Origin: Candidatus Latescibacterota bacterium
GTDB lineage: Bacteria > Latescibacterota > UBA2968 > UBA8231
Direction: 5' to 3'
Assembly: GCA_964291625.2 (NCBI GenBank)
Contig: OZ220089.1
Coordinates: 4,721,842-4,785,841 of the forward strand
DNA: 64,000 nt
In this document: piece after piece, positions 59,636-64,000 of the stretch
Layout of the letters: each line of letters begins with the position of its first letter
Position numbering within the stretch: the first letter of the stretch is position 1
The notes under the pieces: model-generated
The model's input: the letters and a program-made list of their open reading frames with translations, nothing else
Told to the model about the DNA's origin: nothing
The model's database searches: none
Made by a program: the position numbers and the translations under genes

Positions 59636-60172
59636 ATGATACGAATCCCCGACAGAGCCATCCTCGCCCTGGCCCTCGCATTGGCGGCGAGCGGCGTGGG
59701 ATGCTCCGACGACGAGCCGACTGCGCCCGAGGAGACCAGGGCCAGCGCCGTCATCAGCCCGACGGAGGGCAACGAGGCTCAAGGGACAGTAGAGTTCATG
59801 CAGGAAGCCGGCGGCGTGCGAGTCACGGCCACGCTGACCGGGCTCTCGGAGGGCGACCACGGATTCCACATCCACGAGAAGGGAGATTGCAGCGCCGCCG
59901 ACGGCACGTCCGCCGGCGGTCACTTCAATCCCGAAGGCAGGGCCCACGGCGCGCCGGATGCAGCGGAACGGCACATCGGCGACCTTGGCAACATCACCGC
60001 CAACCCCTCCGGGCAAGCCAGGTACGACCGCCTCGACAGCCACGTCGAACTCAGTGGCGCCAACAGCATCATCGGGCTCGCAGTCATCGTTCACCAGGAC
60101 CCGGACGATTTCTCCCAACCCACGGGCGCGGCCGGCCCCCGCGTCGGCTGTGGGGTCATAGAAGGTGGATAG
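59636..60172 (+). CDS. sodC: Cu/Zn superoxide dismutase (lipoprotein)
   Basis: Lipobox 'GVG|C'; 'HGFHIHEKGDC', 'GGHFNP', 'HIGDLGNI', 'GPRVGCGVI'. Confidence 0.93.
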   Translation: MIRIPDRAILALALALAASGVGCSDDEPTAPEETRASAVISPTEGNEAQGTVEFMQEAGGVRVTATLTGLSEGDHGFHIHEKGDCSAADGTSAGGHFNPEGRAHGAPDAAERHIGDLGNITANPSGQARYDRLDSHVELSGANSIIGLAVIVHQDPDDFSQPTGAAGPRVGCGVIEGG

Positions 60173-60216
60173 GCCTTGCGGGACCGAGCGCGCAGCGGCC
60201 CCGGAGGTCTGGCCGA

Positions 60217-62148
60217 TCACCCCGGCCAGTTCGGCCAGTTCAGTGATGCACTCGGCCGGCCCACGTACCGCCGCGTCTCCAGCTCCAGGGTGATCCGCGT
60301 CGCCGGCGGCAGGTCGACGGCCAGGTGGGCGTCGTCCACGTGGCGGCTGTCGCCGCCGGCGGCCAGGGGCTCGGCGGCGTAGTCGGCGCTGCCGCCGGGG
60401 TAGGCGCTGAGGCGGCGGTCCCAGGTGACGCGGCCGAAGCGGTGCTCGCCGAAGGCGCCGGCGCGGAGCGTCAGCCGGCGCTCCTCGAAGGGGCTGAGGT
60501 TGACCAGGGTCAGGACGGTGCGCTCCGCCGACAGCTCCTGCACGAGGGCGGCCACGTCCGCGGGTAGTCCCGGCCGCCGGCGCTCCCGATCGCAATAGCG
60601 CACCCGGCAGTGCAGGAGTCCGCCGTTGTAGAGGGACTGGGGCGCGCCCAGGGTCTGTTGCACGAGGGCCTCCGTCGAGACGGGGTTCACGTGCTGCCAG
60701 CGGTGCACGTCGCGGTGGGTGTCGTGCTCGTCGTCGCCGCGGATCAGCTCCAGGCGGCGGGAGACCTCGCCGTAGCTGGCGCCGAGCATGTGCTCGGGGA
60801 AGCCGGGGTTGGCGCCGTCCAGGAAGCGCAGCCACGGCTGCTCGTGGCCGGCGTCCTCCTTGTTGCGGAAGCTGAAGACGTCAGCCCAGTCGTAGGCCTC
60901 CCGGGCGCGCAGCTCCTCGATGCGGCGCCAGTCGGCCGGGTCCATGGACAGGTTCCACAGGGCCGCCGGGTAGATGGGGGAGAGGGGCTGCCAGTCGAAC
61001 CAGCCGGCGTCGCCGTAGCGGTAGGGGACGACCCAGGTGTCGTGGACGCCGGCGCGCTCCAGGCCCCGCCAGTGGCCGATCCAGTGGTGGTGGAGGCTCA
61101 TCCGCTGGCGCCGCAGGTCGCGCGTCTCGCCCATCTCGAAGATGCGGTCCTGCTGCAGCCGCGGCAGCTCCAGCCACGACGTGTCCCCGGTCATGAGTTG
61201 GGCGGCCCCGGCGGCCAGCAGGGCCGCCTGCTGCACGTTGTAGAACCCGTGTGGCCAGGTCCAGCCGTAGAGGGCGCCGTGCCACTTGCCGTCCATGTGC
61301 TCGCCCACCTCGCCGGAGAGGCCGACGTTGTCGGGCAGCAGTCCGCCGTTGGCCCGGGCCCGCTCGGCCCAGCGGCCGGCGTAATCGAGGACCCAGGCGC
61401 GGTAGCGGTCCTCGCCGGTGAGCAGCCAGGCATTGGTCACCAGGCTCACCACGGCGAGGTTGGCAACGGCGTCGCCGCGCCCCATGCGCCGGGCCATGGC
61501 GGCGCCCATGGCCCGTGCCTTGTCCGGGTCCTTCAGATCTTCGACGGTCTCGACGCCGGGCACGTCGTGGTAGGGGAGGCCGTAGACGGACATGCCCTCG
61601 GACCAGCCGTACGAGTGGCCGGGGCCGTAGAAGTCGAGGGCGCCGCCGCCGGAGCCGTTGAGGGCGCAGCGGATCAGCCTGCGGTCGCCGTCCCAGTTGT
61701 CGACGCCGGGATCGTGGCCGGTGTAGAGGTCGGCGAACCGGCAGGCCCGGGCCGCGGTGGCCTCGTCGACGGGATCGGCCAGGCAGAGGTTGTAGAAGAA
61801 GATGTCGCTCTCGGCCTGGTGGAACTGGTCCTCCCGGAGGGCGTACTCGTGGCGCACCAGGCCGAAGCCGGTCAGCTGCCGGGTGACGGCCCGCCAGTGC
61901 CGGTGCGATCGCGGCAGCAGGTCGTCGGCGCCGCCGAGCAGGTAGAGGAGGGGCCAGTTGAAGAAGGCCTCGTAGAAGTCGTCGGGGCTGCCCGCCGTCT
62001 CGTGGCGCCAGATCAGGCGGCCGTCGGCCTCGCAGTAGGCCTCGGTGTAGGGCTCGACGGAGGCGTTCATCGCATCGATGAGGCGGCGCTGCCAGACCGC
62101 CCACGACGGCGCCTCGGTGGCGGGTACGGTGGCTCGGATCGGGTCCAT
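60217..62148 (-). CDS. Conserved-looking hypothetical protein (Trp/Tyr/Asp-rich, possible carbohydrate-active helical barrel)
   Basis: 643-aa ORF with strong host codon bias and GGAG RBS; no family motif I can name confidently. Confidence 0.7.
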   Translation of the reverse strand: MDPIRATVPATEAPSWAVWQRRLIDAMNASVEPYTEAYCEADGRLIWRHETAGSPDDFYEAFFNWPLLYLLGGADDLLPRSHRHWRAVTRQLTGFGLVRHEYALREDQFHQAESDIFFYNLCLADPVDEATAARACRFADLYTGHDPGVDNWDGDRRLIRCALNGSGGGALDFYGPGHSYGWSEGMSVYGLPYHDVPGVETVEDLKDPDKARAMGAAMARRMGRGDAVANLAVVSLVTNAWLLTGEDRYRAWVLDYAGRWAERARANGGLLPDNVGLSGEVGEHMDGKWHGALYGWTWPHGFYNVQQAALLAAGAAQLMTGDTSWLELPRLQQDRIFEMGETRDLRRQRMSLHHHWIGHWRGLERAGVHDTWVVPYRYGDAGWFDWQPLSPIYPAALWNLSMDPADWRRIEELRAREAYDWADVFSFRNKEDAGHEQPWLRFLDGANPGFPEHMLGASYGEVSRRLELIRGDDEHDTHRDVHRWQHVNPVSTEALVQQTLGAPQSLYNGGLLHCRVRYCDRERRRPGLPADVAALVQELSAERTVLTLVNLSPFEERRLTLRAGAFGEHRFGRVTWDRRLSAYPGGSADYAAEPLAAGGDSRHVDDAHLAVDLPPATRITLELETRRYVGRPSASLNWPNWPG

Positions 62149-62252
62149 GGCTGATCTCCCGGAAAGGGCGGGGAATGAGGCCCCGGGGGGCCGTAGGCGT
62201 CAATCTGCATGAGGTCCGTCCCCTGATATCTCCTTCTTGATTCTGGTGTCCG

Positions 62253-62871
62253 ATGACGGCCATGGCAGACAAGATCATGCGGAGGGTGTCCGTACACGGG
62301 AGCGGACGGTGGGTGTGCACGCCCAAGGACTTTCTGGATCTCGGCAGCCGTGAGGCCATCGACCAGGCCCTGTCGCGTCTCGTCAAGGCGGGACGGCTGC
62401 GCCGCGTGGGCCATGGCCTGTACGACAGGCCCAGGATCAGCCGTGTGCTGAATCGGCCAGCGCCCGTCGATCTGGAGGCCGCCATCGCAGCGCTGGCACG
62501 ACGAGACGGTGTGCGGATCATGCCAGACGGCCTGGTGGCCGCGAATCAGTTGGGCCTCACCAACGCGGTTCCGGCGAAGGTCAGCTACGTGACCGACGGC
62601 CATTTCGAGGACGCTTGAGATCGACGGAAGAACCGTCCGGTTTCGACACGCGGGTCCGAGGGTCATGCAGTGGGCGGGGAGACCCGCCGCGCCGGTCGTT
62701 CAAGCGCTGCGGTGGTTGGGGCCTCGGGCGGCCTCGAAGGAAGAGGTCGTCTCGAGGCTGAGGCGTCATCTCCCCGACGACATGAAGCTCGACCTCTTGA
62801 ACAACCGCCGCGATCTGCCCGGCTGGGCCTTGCCGCTGGCGCGCCGCGTCGCCGGCGAAGAGGCGGCGTGA
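62253..62871 (+). pseudogene. DUF6088/AbiEi-type (type IV TA) antitoxin with one frameshift
   Basis: 'TPKDFLDLGSREAIDQALSRL...RRVGHGLYDRP...ANQLGLTNAVP...YVTDG'; removing one T at 62603-62605 restores 'HSRTLEIDGRTVRFRHAG...VVQALRWLG'. Confidence 0.75.
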
Positions 62872-62972
62872 CCGGAGGCAGGACAGGCGGGGGATGTCTT
62901 CCAGGCGACGCAGCCTGCCTCGACAGGCTCACCCGGCTTTCTTGACGCCGCAAGCCGGCCCGTCCAGTTTGT

Positions 62973-62988
62973 GACTGACCGGTCAGTC
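62973..62988. promoter_or_regulatory. Perfect 16-bp palindrome, TetR-type operator candidate
   Basis: GACTGACCGGTCAGTC lies between TTGACG (62942) and the ABC transporter start. Confidence 0.6.
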
Positions 62989-63004
62989 TATTTACGGACT
63001 CCCT

Positions 63005-64000
63005 TTGCGCATCGATCCCTTCCGACTCTTCCGCCCCTGGCTGCGGCCCTACCGCCGCCAGGTCGTCCTTGGTCTGGGGCTGCTGCTGCTGGCCCAGACG
63101 ATCACCCTCGTCCTGCCCCTGCTGCTGAAGGAGGCGATCGAGCGCGCCGAGAAGGTCACCGAGGCGGAGCCGGCCGCGGGAGTTGTCGCCGCGGCCCTGG
63201 GCGAGGTGCGGGTCTTCGCCTGGGTGATCGCCGGCCTGGCCGTGGCGGGCTGGGGGTGAACTTCGGCATGCGCTGGTTCTTCACCAGCGTGTCGCGCCAC
63301 GTGGAGCACGACATCCGGGGCGCCTACGTGAGGCACCTCCTGCGGCTGCCGCTGCGGTTTTTCCAGGAGCGCCGCGCCGGCGACCTGATGGCCCGCGCCA
63401 CCAACGACGTGGAGGCGATCCAGCGCTTCCTGCACCACGCCTTCCGCATGACCCTCATGGGCGTGCTCACCTTCGTCCTGAGCCTGCTCCTCATGAGCCT
63501 GATCGACTGGCAGCTGGCCCTGCTGGCCCTGGCGCCGATGCCGGTCCTGGCCGTGGCCGCCAGCCTCGTCTCGGTCCGCGTCCGCTCCGGCTACCGGCGC
63601 GTGCAGGAGCAGTTCGGGGCGATCAGCTCCCGCATCCAGGAGAACCTCGGCGGCATGCGGGCTGGTCAAGGCGTGCGCCGTCGAGGCCCGGGAGATCCGC
63701 GACTTCGGGGCCCTCAACGAAGAGTACGTGGAGCGCAACCAGGGACTGATCCACATCCGCAGCCTGTTCTTTCCCTTCACGGGACTGCTGAACGGGGTCT
63801 CCATGCTGGTCGTGCTGTGGCTCGGAGGCCTGCGCGTCATCGACGGCAGCCTGACCCTCGGCGCCTTCGTCGCCTTCAACCTCTACCTGATCCGCATGAG
63901 CCGGCCCATGTACCTCCTGGGCCGCATGGTCGACGAGTTCCAGCGCGCCGCCGCCTCCCTCGGCCGCATCAACGCCATCCTCGGCCACCCGCCCGAGGAC
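63005..64000 (+). CDS. ABC exporter (MsbA/YheI-like) transmembrane domain; two single-base frameshifts; runs off the window
   Basis: 'LRPYRRQVVLG', then 'SRHVEHDIR...RRAGDLMARATNDVEA', 'SRIQENLGGMR', then 'LVK...LTLGAFVAFNLYL...QRAAASLGRI'; shifts at G-runs 63252-63256 and 63659-63661. Confidence 0.8.

Overview
This window comes from a very GC-rich bacterial chromosome. Five proteins carry a C-terminal 'PNPFN' FlgD-Ig/T9SS-like sorting domain, which suggests an FCB-superphylum organism such as Latescibacterota (inference). The core genes are groES-groEL (sigma-54 promoter, His-tailed GroEL), a heptose/sugar-nucleotide operon divergent from two GT-C-type membrane glycosyltransferases, a three-gene UvrD/UvrD/Fe-S-nuclease module, mtaB-miaB, mltG-pcrA, ABC permeases, sodC and several secreted hydrolases. 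The best novelty candidate is a visibly lower-GC island (~23.6-30.1 kb) encoding a tightly coupled operon: ParB/Srx-like protein, SNF2 helicase, DUF3883 nuclease, Dam-like N6A methyltransferase and NucS/DUF91-like nuclease. It is a candidate anti-phage/restriction system. An IS3 element with no target duplication bounds the island and has replaced the miaB stop codon. Other accessory features are a tandem cassette-like array of secreted proteins sharing a ~560-bp gene-boundary repeat, a 100-bp direct repeat flanking an antitoxin whose toxin appears deleted, three toxin-less antitoxins, and a lone low-GC UDG-like gene. Single-base homopolymer frameshifts near the right end may be sequencing errors. 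GC statements are visual estimates and family assignments come from motif recognition, not database searches.
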